From positions 1 to 38,907 of the forward strand of contig DASTBJ010000769.1 of assembly GCA_035712125.1 (NCBI GenBank): a stretch of 38,907 bases of DNA. The letters are read 5' to 3'. The notes below the pieces were generated by a model, which did no database searches, was not told the origin of the DNA, and was given only the letters and a program-made list of their open reading frames with translations. Origin of the DNA: Terriglobia bacterium. Its GTDB lineage: Bacteria > Acidobacteriota > Terriglobia > 20CM-2-55-15. Position numbers and translations under genes: made by a program. Shown here one piece after another: positions 16,838 through 25,453 of this stretch. Each line of letters begins with the position of its first letter. Position 1 is the stretch's first letter.

Positions 16838-17699
16838 ATGTCCCGGAAGAAATCTCTTCGATCCGTTCTCTTCGTTGCGGTCATTTTTGACGCCACTTCG
16901 ACAGTGCTGCAGCCGCAAGCACCGCCGCAGGGACAACCGGGGGTCGGCGGCGGACAACGCGGTCCCCGGGGTGGAGGGCGGGGGCCTGCGGCTCCGCTGG
17001 CTGTCAGGCAGATTAAACCCGGACTCTACATGCTCGGCGGTAGTGGTGGAAATTCGCTAGTCCGCGTAACCGATGACGGAATCGTTTTGGTCGACACCAA
17101 ACTCACAGGCGAGGCGTACTACAACCAGCTAATGGACGCCATCAAGACGATCTCCAATCAGCCCGTCCGATACGCCGTTGTGACTCATGTTCATGTGGAT
17201 CATAGCGGCAACATCGAACTCCATCCGTCTTGGAAACACCGAAGTGGCCCATGTGTACCACTTTGCCAGCGGCCATACGAGCGGAGACTCCATCGTTCAC
17301 TTCCCGGACCTGGGGGTTGTGGCGATGGGCGATCAACTGGCACTTCCGAACGCGGTTTGCGACTACCTTCAGGGGGGAAGCATCCCGGGTTGGGCGCAGT
17401 CGATTGAGGCCGTTCTGAAATTAAACTTCGATATGGCGATTCCCGGCCACAGAGGCGACGGACAACCTAACGATCCCGCAACACGTGCGGATCTGGAGGC
17501 GCTCAGGGCAAAGCTCGACAGCATCACTAAGAACGCGATCGAGCTCGTAAAGAAGCGAACCCCAAAAGATCAACTGATTGCCCAAATCCAGGCCGCTGAC
17601 CCGACGACCACCGTTGGCGCGATGCTGCAGAACAATCTCTTCTACGAGCAGGCGCGTATCGACCTCTTTTACGAAGAGATCTCCAGGCTGGCGCGGTGA
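16838..17699 (+). pseudogene. MBL-fold metallo-hydrolase, frameshifted and internally deleted
   Basis: Frame A (ATG 16838) gives a signal peptide, a Gly/Arg linker and THVHVDHSGN (HxHxDH), then reads into nonsense. Frame B (from about 17215) continues with LGNTEVAHVYHFASGHTSGDSIVHFPDLGVVAMGDQL...IPGHRGDG. Only about 25 residues separate HxHxDH from the GHTxGD motif. The intact paralogue at 26815-28305 has about 75. Confidence 0.65.
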
Positions 17700-17815
17700 G
17701 CAGAACGTGCATGCCGACGGAAGGGTGGATGCCCCAGGCTACTGTCCATGCCTGCGAAGAGATCATCAGCGGGGCTAGACTCGAGGAGTCATAAAGTTCG
17801 TCACGGAACTCGATC

Positions 17816-19123
17816 ATGTTTGTACTTTTCGTCATTTCCGTATTGCTGCAGGGTATACCCATCGCGCCGCAGGCAGCCGGCACGGTCAGCGGTGTGTTGA
17901 AGACTGTCGACGGCAAACCTGCGGTTGGGGTAAGGGTTTCGGCGATGACCAGGCAGGAACCGTTGCAGGCGACCGTCGCAGTGGCATTGGCCAGCATCGC
18001 TGAAACCGATGAGAATGGCCGATATACGATCGAGGGCATTCCGCCCGGCCAGTATTACATCGTGGCTGGAAGCATCGATCGGCCGACCTACTTTCCGGGA
18101 ACCCAGGACATCGCTTCCGCCAAGGTGGTCCAGATAATGGCTGGAGCGCGGATCGCCGGATTCGATTTTGCGGTGATCGATACCAGCAGACGCACGATCA
18201 TTACGGGATTAGGACCATCTCGTTTTCAGGTCAACCTTCGTGTCACAGCGGAACGGGGAAGCCGCCTGCCCGCAGTTTCTCCTGCTGGCCCTCTCACACT
18301 CGAGTTTGAACGTGCTCCCGATCGTATCACTGCGTCGGCCCCGGCAACGGCAACCCAGATTCTTCTTGAACTTCAACCCGCCGGCGCGGCGACCGAATAT
18401 CGCGCTCGAATCAGGAATCTCCCGAAAGGATTCTTCGTAAGTTCGATGACCTACGCTGGTGTGGACTTGCAGTCGGGAATTCTTTCACTTCCGACCGCGG
18501 CGGCATTAAGAAACTCGCTGGGCATGGTAGCCGCCGGTGACACTCTGGTCGTGACCATTGGCGAAGGAGCCAGAGTGAGGACCGGTGTCCGCGTTACAGG
18601 AATTGGGCGGAGGTCCGACTCTCACCCGGTGGTTCTCTCAGGCAAACGTGGTCTCGTTTTTTCAGATGGAAGTTTTGAATTCTACGACGTGCCGCCGGGA
18701 GTCCACACGATCGCATTGATCGATTTTCCCGGGCGTGCGCTCGGAACCACTATCGTCGTTGGCGATCAGGACATCGACGGCGTCTTCCTCGACGAGATCG
18801 CGGCGCTCCCCTTGAACATTCAGTCGCCCATACCGCCGGCGTCTGCCCGAGACACTGCACCCGGCACAAAGTTGCCGCCAGTCGTCTTAAGAGGAACCGT
18901 AATCGATCGAATGACCCGACAACCTCCACCCAGCGGCCAGGTCTGGATCGGCGGGCGCAACAGTCCTTCGTACCCTCTCGACGCTGAAGGGAACTTCGAA
19001 ATCATGGGCCTGTTGCCCGGAACCTATAAGCTCGAATTACAGGTTGCCGGGTATGCCCATGTCATACGGGACATCATCGTGGATGTCCAAAATCTACATG
19101 TCGATCTTGAAATCGAGAAGTAA
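17816..19123 (+). CDS. Secreted protein with N- and C-terminal carboxypeptidase-regulatory-like (CarboxypepD_reg) domains
   Basis: Signal peptide. GTVSGVLKTVDGKPAVGVRVSA...DENGRYTIEGIPPGQYYIVAG at the N-terminus and LRGTVID...DAEGNFEIMGLLPGTYKLELQVAGY at the C-terminus. Confidence 0.75.
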   Translation: MFVLFVISVLLQGIPIAPQAAGTVSGVLKTVDGKPAVGVRVSAMTRQEPLQATVAVALASIAETDENGRYTIEGIPPGQYYIVAGSIDRPTYFPGTQDIASAKVVQIMAGARIAGFDFAVIDTSRRTIITGLGPSRFQVNLRVTAERGSRLPAVSPAGPLTLEFERAPDRITASAPATATQILLELQPAGAATEYRARIRNLPKGFFVSSMTYAGVDLQSGILSLPTAAALRNSLGMVAAGDTLVVTIGEGARVRTGVRVTGIGRRSDSHPVVLSGKRGLVFSDGSFEFYDVPPGVHTIALIDFPGRALGTTIVVGDQDIDGVFLDEIAALPLNIQSPIPPASARDTAPGTKLPPVVLRGTVIDRMTRQPPPSGQVWIGGRNSPSYPLDAEGNFEIMGLLPGTYKLELQVAGYAHVIRDIIVDVQNLHVDLEIEK

Positions 19124-19131
19124 GACGCCGC

Positions 19132-20493
19132 TTACGAAGAGGCCTTGAGACGGTCCAGAACGTGATCGTTGATCCACTTGCCGTCCCACCATTCTCGGGG
19201 ATCGACAGGAACACCGTGTAGGAACATCCCGAAGTGAAGATGGTCTCCACCAGCCAGTCCCGTCTCACCGCTTTTGCCGAGCGCTTCCTTCTTTTTCACC
19301 ATCTGCCCGGGCTTTACATCAAACGAACTCATGTGACCATACAGCGAGATTAGACCTGAACCATGATCGATCAGAACGGTGTTGCCGTAGATGCCCAGAT
19401 ACTCGGCCAAAATGACCTTGCCGTCATTCGCGGCCTCGATCGGATAGTGCTTCACGACCGAGAGGTCGAAGCCGACGTGATCCTGCTCGTCGATCTTCTT
19501 TCCTTCGTAGATGTAGCTGCGGCGGTCGGCGAAAAACGACTCCACCTGAGAATTACTCAGCTGAAGGAACGCGCCGTTCCATAGGAATTCTCCCGGCGAC
19601 TCTTTCGAAAGCTCCGCGATAGTTCTGTGGTTTTCCTTTCGCAGGTTGCTATTGATGTCCACGAAGACATCGACAAGATTTCCCGTGTCCTTTGCCGTCT
19701 TCGAACGCGAAATGATTTCGGGAATGACCTTGTGCAGGAAGTTGTCATCGATCGCGATATCACGACTGCGGAATTTTTGAGGGAACACTTTCTGCCAGAA
19801 TCCCGCCTTCACCTCGTTACCCGCGCCATCGCGTGCAACAACCTGAACCGGCGTATTCGCAGGCAAATCGTAGGCAAGCGCAAAGAGCGCGAATCGCATC
19901 TTCGGATCAGACTTGAGAGGGAAGCCCGGAAAAAAGTTCGGACCGGCCTGAACGCCGGAAACTTCCACGTCATCCGACACGCGGTAGACGACGCAGTCGG
20001 AGCCACCCTGGTTAATGTAATGCTGACCCGAAAAGACCTCGAGCGTCGGTGGCGTGATATCGAATTTGAATTCGCGCGTAACCTCGGCGCGGTTGGGACC
20101 GAAAAAGCGAAGCAGCGCATGATCCGCCGCCGCTACCGTCAACGTGGCCGGACCCTCGGTGATTTTCGCATTCCCTGCAATGAGCTTGCCAAGGTCGTAG
20201 CTGCGGGAAGCCTCGTTGTTGACGGCTTCATCCACCAAAACGACGTCATTCTCCTTTTGTTTCACGCGAACCGTGACGTGGTTCAGTCCGGCGCCGGCAT
20301 CGGACACGGTCAGATTCAGGACCGGGTTTTTCCCGAGACTGGAAAAGTCGCGGTCGAACTTCACTTCGGGTGCCTGTGCCTCCCAACGCTTGAAGTTCAA
20401 ACCAATAAAGACAATGGCGACGCCAAGGGCAATGATCACCAAAACGCCCAGGCCCGAAATACGACTCGACGGTCCTCGATGGTCTTTTCTCAT
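19132..20493 (-). CDS. Membrane-anchored M23-family metallopeptidase
   Basis: N-terminal TM helix. C-terminal LIDHGSGLISLYGHMS...GETGLAGGDHLHFGMFLHGVPVDP (HxxxD / HxH M23 motifs). Confidence 0.85.
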   Translation of the reverse strand: MRKDHRGPSSRISGLGVLVIIALGVAIVFIGLNFKRWEAQAPEVKFDRDFSSLGKNPVLNLTVSDAGAGLNHVTVRVKQKENDVVLVDEAVNNEASRSYDLGKLIAGNAKITEGPATLTVAAADHALLRFFGPNRAEVTREFKFDITPPTLEVFSGQHYINQGGSDCVVYRVSDDVEVSGVQAGPNFFPGFPLKSDPKMRFALFALAYDLPANTPVQVVARDGAGNEVKAGFWQKVFPQKFRSRDIAIDDNFLHKVIPEIISRSKTAKDTGNLVDVFVDINSNLRKENHRTIAELSKESPGEFLWNGAFLQLSNSQVESFFADRRSYIYEGKKIDEQDHVGFDLSVVKHYPIEAANDGKVILAEYLGIYGNTVLIDHGSGLISLYGHMSSFDVKPGQMVKKKEALGKSGETGLAGGDHLHFGMFLHGVPVDPREWWDGKWINDHVLDRLKASS

Positions 20494-20527
20494 AGTTGCG
20501 ATGATTTCTTGTTGTCGTGAAGGATCA

Positions 20528-20830
20528 CTATCTGCTTAAAAGCTGTTCAAGAGCGTGGGTCCATTCATCGCTCTTCTTGCGAATGATGACCTCGTTCTGC
20601 TCAGAACTCCGCCGCAGGTCGCGGAGTTCCTGAGCGAGGTGCAGGGCCGCTAAAACGGCAATCTTCAGGGAGTCCGGGGTGTTCGCTACTGCAGAGATCG
20701 CCCGCATGCGGTCATCGACGTCCTCGGCAATTCTTCGCACCTCGGCCTCCTGTATGTCGGCTTTCAGAACGATCGAATACTTCTGGTCGTAAATTTCAAC
20801 GTCAATAGTTCTGGGCCTGGGCTTAGCCAA
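20528..20830 (-). CDS. zapA: Cell division protein ZapA
   Basis: 100 aa. VEIYDQKYSIVLKAD..EAEVRRIAEDVDDRMRAIS pattern. Its position downstream of pheST matches many bacteria. Confidence 0.75.
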   Translation of the reverse strand: MAKPRPRTIDVEIYDQKYSIVLKADIQEAEVRRIAEDVDDRMRAISAVANTPDSLKIAVLAALHLAQELRDLRRSSEQNEVIIRKKSDEWTHALEQLLSR

Positions 20831-21068
20831 TGGGTCCCTCGGTTATCTCGCTCAGATTTTCCAGCAGATTTTCGATCCTATTCTTGACCAGATCCCGTTC
20901 CTGCTTCAATCCTTCAATTTCCTCTTCCAGCCGAGAAATTTGCTTCTGCGCGAAAGTGAGTTCACGCTCGGCGGCTTCCTTTTGCTTTCGCGTGGTCTTG
21001 ACGAGATCGATCGTGCGGATGATACGGTCTTCCAGTTCGGCGAATTTGTCGGCTGCAGTCACGGCCAT
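20823..21068 (-). CDS. ZapB-like coiled-coil protein
   Basis: 81 aa of uninterrupted heptad coiled coil. 8-nt overlap with zapA and a 4-nt gap after pheT. Confidence 0.55.
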   Translation of the reverse strand: MAVTAADKFAELEDRIIRTIDLVKTTRKQKEAAERELTFAQKQISRLEEEIEGLKQERDLVKNRIENLLENLSEITEGPIG

Positions 21069-21072
21069 GGTT

Positions 21073-23085
21073 CTATTTCCTCAATTGCGCCCCCAGGCGC
21101 TCTTCCAGTCTTTGTATGATTTTTTTGTCGAAGCCCTCAACTTCGACGTCCGTTAAAGTTCGCTCGGCGGACTGATAGACCACCGAAATCGACAGGCTGT
21201 ATTTGGTGTCCGGAAATGGCCCGGACTCCATCCGATCAAAAGGTTCAACCCGGACGACTTCCGGAATGCCTGCCTCACCAATTGTCCGGTGCACGGTGGC
21301 ATATTGGGTCCCCCGTTCGAAGAGAAGCGAAAAGTCTCTCCTTACGCCTGGATACCGCGGTATCTGCTCGAGTTGGTGGCTCGTCGAGCTTCGCAGCAGC
21401 AATTCGATGTCGATCTCTGCCAGATACACTCGCTGCCGGAACTTGAACGGTTCCGCATAGGACGGATGCAGTTCTCCGAACATCGCCAGGTGGCCAACGC
21501 GGGCAAAGCGCCCCGGATGGTAATAATTTGGAATGTTGTCGGTCGTCAGCCGGACGGGAATGTCAAACCGCTGTAAGAGATCCTCGACGTCTCCCTTTAA
21601 GGCGAAGAAATCGAACTCTCGAGGCGGTTCATGGACGGAGGCCGGCCTCAGGTTTCCGCACGCTCCCAGAATCAAAGTGCGCCGCTCGCCGCCGTCCCAG
21701 TAAACCTTGCTGAGTTCGTACATCTGAAGGTTCCGGGCGCCACGATTCAAATTCCACTGTAGAGTCGTGAGCATTCCCGGGATGAGCGATGTGCGAAGGA
21801 TCGTTGCTTCCTCCGTCATGGGATTCCGAAGCCGTACCGGTTCGATGTCCGCGTAGAAGCGCCGCTCCATTTGTTCGTTGCTGAACGAGTACGTGCAGAT
21901 TTCGTTGTAACCGGCCGCCGAAAGAGTGTCGCGCACCTGACGCACCCTGCGCTCACCCGGGAGCAGGGAGCCGAATCCTCGCGACGGGGGCATGGTTGAC
22001 GGAAACTTGTCGAGCCCGTGATGACGCGCAATCTCTTCAATAAGATCCTGCTCACCAGCAAGGTCGACGCGAAAAGCCGGAACCTCCACAGTCCATCCCT
22101 GGGCCGTTTGGGCAGGCTGAAGTTCGAGACGTTCGAAGATCCGGCTCACGATTGCATCGTCGACCGGTACGCCAAGGACGCGCTCGATGCGCTCGCGCCG
22201 CAAGGTGATGCGAGCCCGTTCGGGCTTGCGCGGAAAAATGTCGATTGTTCCTTTCAGCAACTGCCCGCCGGCAAGTTCCTGAATCATTGCGGCCGCACGA
22301 TCGCACGCGAAGCTCGCCATCTCGATGTCTGTCCCGCGCTCGAAACGATAGGAGGCCTCCGTAGTCATACCCAGCGTTCGCGCGGTTTTGCGTATAGAAA
22401 GCGGATTGAACCAGGCGCTTTCCAGCAGGACGTTCGTGGTCGAAGGTACGATCTCCGTCTCGCCGCCGCCCATGATGCCGGCAAGCGCAACGGGTTTCTT
22501 CGCGTCAGCAATCACGAGAATGGACGGATCGAGCCGGCGCTCGACCCCGTCCAGTGTCGTCAACCGTTCGTCGACTTCGGCGCGGCGAACGATGATCTGA
22601 CGGCCTCCCAGTTTGTCGGCGTCGAAAGCGTGCATGGGGTGGCCGAGTTCCATCATCACGTAGTTGGTGATGTCTGCGACGTTATTGATGGACCGCACAC
22701 CCAATGATTCCAGGCGCTTGCTGAGCCATTCCGGAGAAGGACCGATCTTTACCCTCGCGATATAGCGGCCGCAATACCGCCCGCAAAGGTCAGCATCGTC
22801 GATGGTGATGGACGCAACGTCGGCCGCGCGCTGCGACACTTCCGTCACTTTGAATTGAGGTCTCCGGAGCACGGTGCCGTAGATCGCGCCCACCTCTCTT
22901 GCGATACCCAGGTGGCTCAGGCAGTCTGGGCGATTTGTAGTCACATCGAGATCAAGCACCCAGTCGTCTCCGAATTCCACACACGACTCCAGCGCCAATC
23001 CGACGTGCGTGACTCTCTGCCCGAGTGTTCGCGCATCAACGGGTATATCGATGAACTCTTTGAGCCAGTTGTAGCTGATCTTCAT
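21073..23085 (-). CDS. pheT: Phenylalanine--tRNA ligase beta subunit (short form lacking the OB-fold tRNA-binding domain)
   Basis: 670 aa. The N-terminus MKISYNWLKEF... joins directly to ...LDVTTNRPDCLSHLGIAREV. B3/4, B5 and FDX-ACB regions are recognisable. Confidence 0.95.
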   Translation of the reverse strand: MKISYNWLKEFIDIPVDARTLGQRVTHVGLALESCVEFGDDWVLDLDVTTNRPDCLSHLGIAREVGAIYGTVLRRPQFKVTEVSQRAADVASITIDDADLCGRYCGRYIARVKIGPSPEWLSKRLESLGVRSINNVADITNYVMMELGHPMHAFDADKLGGRQIIVRRAEVDERLTTLDGVERRLDPSILVIADAKKPVALAGIMGGGETEIVPSTTNVLLESAWFNPLSIRKTARTLGMTTEASYRFERGTDIEMASFACDRAAAMIQELAGGQLLKGTIDIFPRKPERARITLRRERIERVLGVPVDDAIVSRIFERLELQPAQTAQGWTVEVPAFRVDLAGEQDLIEEIARHHGLDKFPSTMPPSRGFGSLLPGERRVRQVRDTLSAAGYNEICTYSFSNEQMERRFYADIEPVRLRNPMTEEATILRTSLIPGMLTTLQWNLNRGARNLQMYELSKVYWDGGERRTLILGACGNLRPASVHEPPREFDFFALKGDVEDLLQRFDIPVRLTTDNIPNYYHPGRFARVGHLAMFGELHPSYAEPFKFRQRVYLAEIDIELLLRSSTSHQLEQIPRYPGVRRDFSLLFERGTQYATVHRTIGEAGIPEVVRVEPFDRMESGPFPDTKYSLSISVVYQSAERTLTDVEVEGFDKKIIQRLEERLGAQLRK

Positions 23086-23091
23086 GGACGC

Positions 23092-24126
23092 TCAGAACTG
23101 TTCCAGGAACCGTATGTCATTCTGGTAGTAAAGCTGAATGTCGTTAACGTTGTACTTCAGCGCGTGATAACGCTCGATGCCGCCACCAAACGCAAAGCCT
23201 GTATACCTGTTCGCGTCGTAGTTCACGAAACCATAAAGCCGCGGATTCACCACGCCGGACCCCATAACTTCGATCCAACCGCTTTGCTTACAGACACGAC
23301 ACCCTCTTCGATTGCAGAAGGGACACGACACATCCACTTCAGCGCTCGGCTCGGTGAATTGAAAGTGGCTCGGGCGCAATCGCGTTTCCGTCTTCTCGCC
23401 GAAGAACTGCTTGTGAAAGCGCTCCAGCGTGCCCTTGAGATCGGAGAACGTAATCCCCTCGTCCACCAGAAGACACTCAAACTGGTGGAACATCGGTGTA
23501 TGCGTAGCATCCGCAGCATCGCGGCGGTAAACACGTCCAGGGCAGATGATCTTCACCGGCGGTTGCATTTTCTCCATCGTGCGTACCTGCACCGGTGACG
23601 TGTGGGTGCGCAGTACGACGTCGTCGGCGATGTAGAACGTATCCTTCGCGTCCCGGGCCGGGTGGCTTGCCGGAATGTTGAGCGCTTCGAAGTTGTAGTA
23701 AGTTTTTTCGACTTCGGGACCGTCTTCGACGGTGTAGCCCATGGAGATAAAGATGTCTTCGATCGCCTGGCGGGCTTGCGTTAAGGGATGGCGGTGCCCG
23801 ATCCGGCGCTGAATTCCGGGCAGCGTGACGTCCAGGCGTTCGCGCTCGAGAGCGGCATCCGCTTGAGCGTGCGCGAATTTTTGCTGAAGGGCTTCCAGAA
23901 CGCTCTCAGCCTTCGCCTTGATCTCATTTGCGACGCGGCCGAATTCGGCGCGCTCCGCCGCCGGGACCTGACGAACGTTTTGAAGTTGAAGGGTTAGAAG
24001 GCCGGATTTGCGGGAAAGGTAACGGTTCTTGAACTCTTCGAGGGATCGCAGATCGGCCACAGACTCGCGTTCGCGGTCAAACTGCTGTTCGATAGAACGA
24101 AGCTGGCCGATCCACTCGGAAGACAT
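23092..24126 (-). CDS. pheS: Phenylalanine--tRNA ligase alpha subunit
   Basis: 344 aa. HPARD, LRTHTSPVQ and class II motif 3 GFAFGGGIERY. Confidence 0.95.
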   Translation of the reverse strand: MSSEWIGQLRSIEQQFDRERESVADLRSLEEFKNRYLSRKSGLLTLQLQNVRQVPAAERAEFGRVANEIKAKAESVLEALQQKFAHAQADAALERERLDVTLPGIQRRIGHRHPLTQARQAIEDIFISMGYTVEDGPEVEKTYYNFEALNIPASHPARDAKDTFYIADDVVLRTHTSPVQVRTMEKMQPPVKIICPGRVYRRDAADATHTPMFHQFECLLVDEGITFSDLKGTLERFHKQFFGEKTETRLRPSHFQFTEPSAEVDVSCPFCNRRGCRVCKQSGWIEVMGSGVVNPRLYGFVNYDANRYTGFAFGGGIERYHALKYNVNDIQLYYQNDIRFLEQF

Positions 24127-24153
24127 CTTTTGATCCTAAATCCCATAAGACTG

Positions 24154-24513
24154 TTAAGCGCTTGCCGCTTTTCTGGCCGTCTCTGCCAGTTTGGTGAAGG
24201 CCGCAGGGTCCTGCAGCGCGATGTCAGCCAGAACCTTTCGGTCGAGATCGACACCGGCCACTTTCAGGCCATGTATGAGCTGATTGTAGTTGAGACCGTT
24301 TTCACGTGCAGCAGCGCCAATCCGGATGATCCATAACCTACGGAATTCGCGCTTGCGCACTCTTCTGTCACGATAGGCATAGCCTAACGACTTTTCGACG
24401 GCTTCCTTCGCGGCCCTGTAGAGTTTGCTCTTGTTGAGGTAAAACCCCTTCGCAAGCCCTAACAGCTTTTTCCGGCGATCGTGCCGTTTTGTTCCACGTT
24501 TAACTCGAGGCAC
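24154..24513 (-). CDS. rplT: 50S ribosomal protein L20
   Basis: 119 aa, [18 protein letters not shown]...[17 protein letters not shown]. Confidence 0.95.
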   Translation of the reverse strand: MPRVKRGTKRHDRRKKLLGLAKGFYLNKSKLYRAAKEAVEKSLGYAYRDRRVRKREFRRLWIIRIGAAARENGLNYNQLIHGLKVAGVDLDRKVLADIALQDPAAFTKLAETARKAASA

Positions 24514-24539
24514 AGTGCACTCCTTAAATCGATTCTTGT

Positions 24540-24734
24540 TTACGCGTAGGGAAGCATCTTCCGGACGGATGGCGTGTCTGCGTCGGTCACGACAGTGGAT
24601 TTGCCCAGACGCCGTTTCCGTCCTGCCGCCTTCGACGTCAGGATGTGCCGGGCGAACGCATGATGGCGCATGATCTTTCCCGTTCCCGTTACTTTAAAGC
24701 GCTTCGCGGCGCCCTTGTGTGTTTTGAGCTTCAT
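24540..24734 (-). CDS. rpmI: 50S ribosomal protein L35
   Basis: 64 aa, [20 protein letters not shown]. Confidence 0.95.
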   Translation of the reverse strand: MKLKTHKGAAKRFKVTGTGKIMRHHAFARHILTSKAAGRKRRLGKSTVVTDADTPSVRKMLPYA

Positions 24735-24755
24735 TTTTCTGGTTCTCTTGAATGC

Positions 24756-25268
24756 TTAAGATTTCTTCGGTGCGATGATCGCGATCAGGTTCGGTCCTTC
24801 CATCCTGGCTCTATTTTCCACCGCTCCGACTTCCGCGAGTTCTTCGATCAGCCTTTCCAGAAGAGCGCGCCCGATACTTTGATGCACGATCTCTCGGCCT
24901 CTGAAAAAGACCGATGCTTTGACCTTGTCTCCCTGCTGGAGAAAGCGAATAGCATGATTCTTCTTGAACTCGTAATCGTGTTCGTCCGTATTCGGGCGAA
25001 ACTTGATTTCCTTAACCGTGATGTTCTTTTGATGCTTCTTCGCTTCGTGCTGCTTCTTGTTCAACTGGTAAAGGTACTTGCCGTAATCCATGATCCGGCA
25101 CACGGGCGGATTCGCAGTGGCAGCAACCTCGACCAGATCCAAACCGCGTTCTTCAGCAATCTTCAGGGCGGCTTGCGGTGTGAGAACTCCAAGCTGTTCG
25201 TTGTTATCGTCGATAACGCGAACCTCCCTAGCACGGATTCGGTGGTTCACCCTGATGTTTTTATCGAT
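24756..25268 (-). CDS. infC: Translation initiation factor IF-3, probable ATC start
   Basis: [19 protein letters not shown]...[12 protein letters not shown]... is canonical IF-3. The ORF track starts at TTG 25292, which has GGAG only 1 nt upstream. The in-frame ATC at 25268-25266 has AGGAGG with a 7-nt spacer and gives a normal N-terminus, (M)[15 protein letters not shown]. Confidence 0.88.
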   Translation of the reverse strand: MDKNIRVNHRIRAREVRVIDDNNEQLGVLTPQAALKIAEERGLDLVEVAATANPPVCRIMDYGKYLYQLNKKQHEAKKHQKNITVKEIKFRPNTDEHDYEFKKNHAIRFLQQGDKVKASVFFRGREIVHQSIGRALLERLIEELAEVGAVENRARMEGPNLIAIIAPKKS

Positions 25269-25312
25269 ACGCAGACCTCCTGATACGCACAAACTCCTAG
25301 AAACGAACGATT

Positions 25313-25342
25313 ACCTTAGCAAAGGACACAGCATATTTTCAA
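25313..25342 (-). promoter_or_regulatory. Possible promoter of the infC-rpmI-rplT-pheST operon
   Basis: Minus strand TTGAAA (25342-25337), 18 nt, then TAAGGT (25318-25313). This is a weak -10 match. Confidence 0.3.
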
Positions 25343-25453
25343 CGGTTTCCACGGGCGGAATCCCGGGAATTCTTGGTGCCGGTCCAACCAAATCTTTCTT
25401 GACCGATCCCGTTCCAGGAAATAGGGTCTTCGCAGCAAACAAGGAGACTTTTC

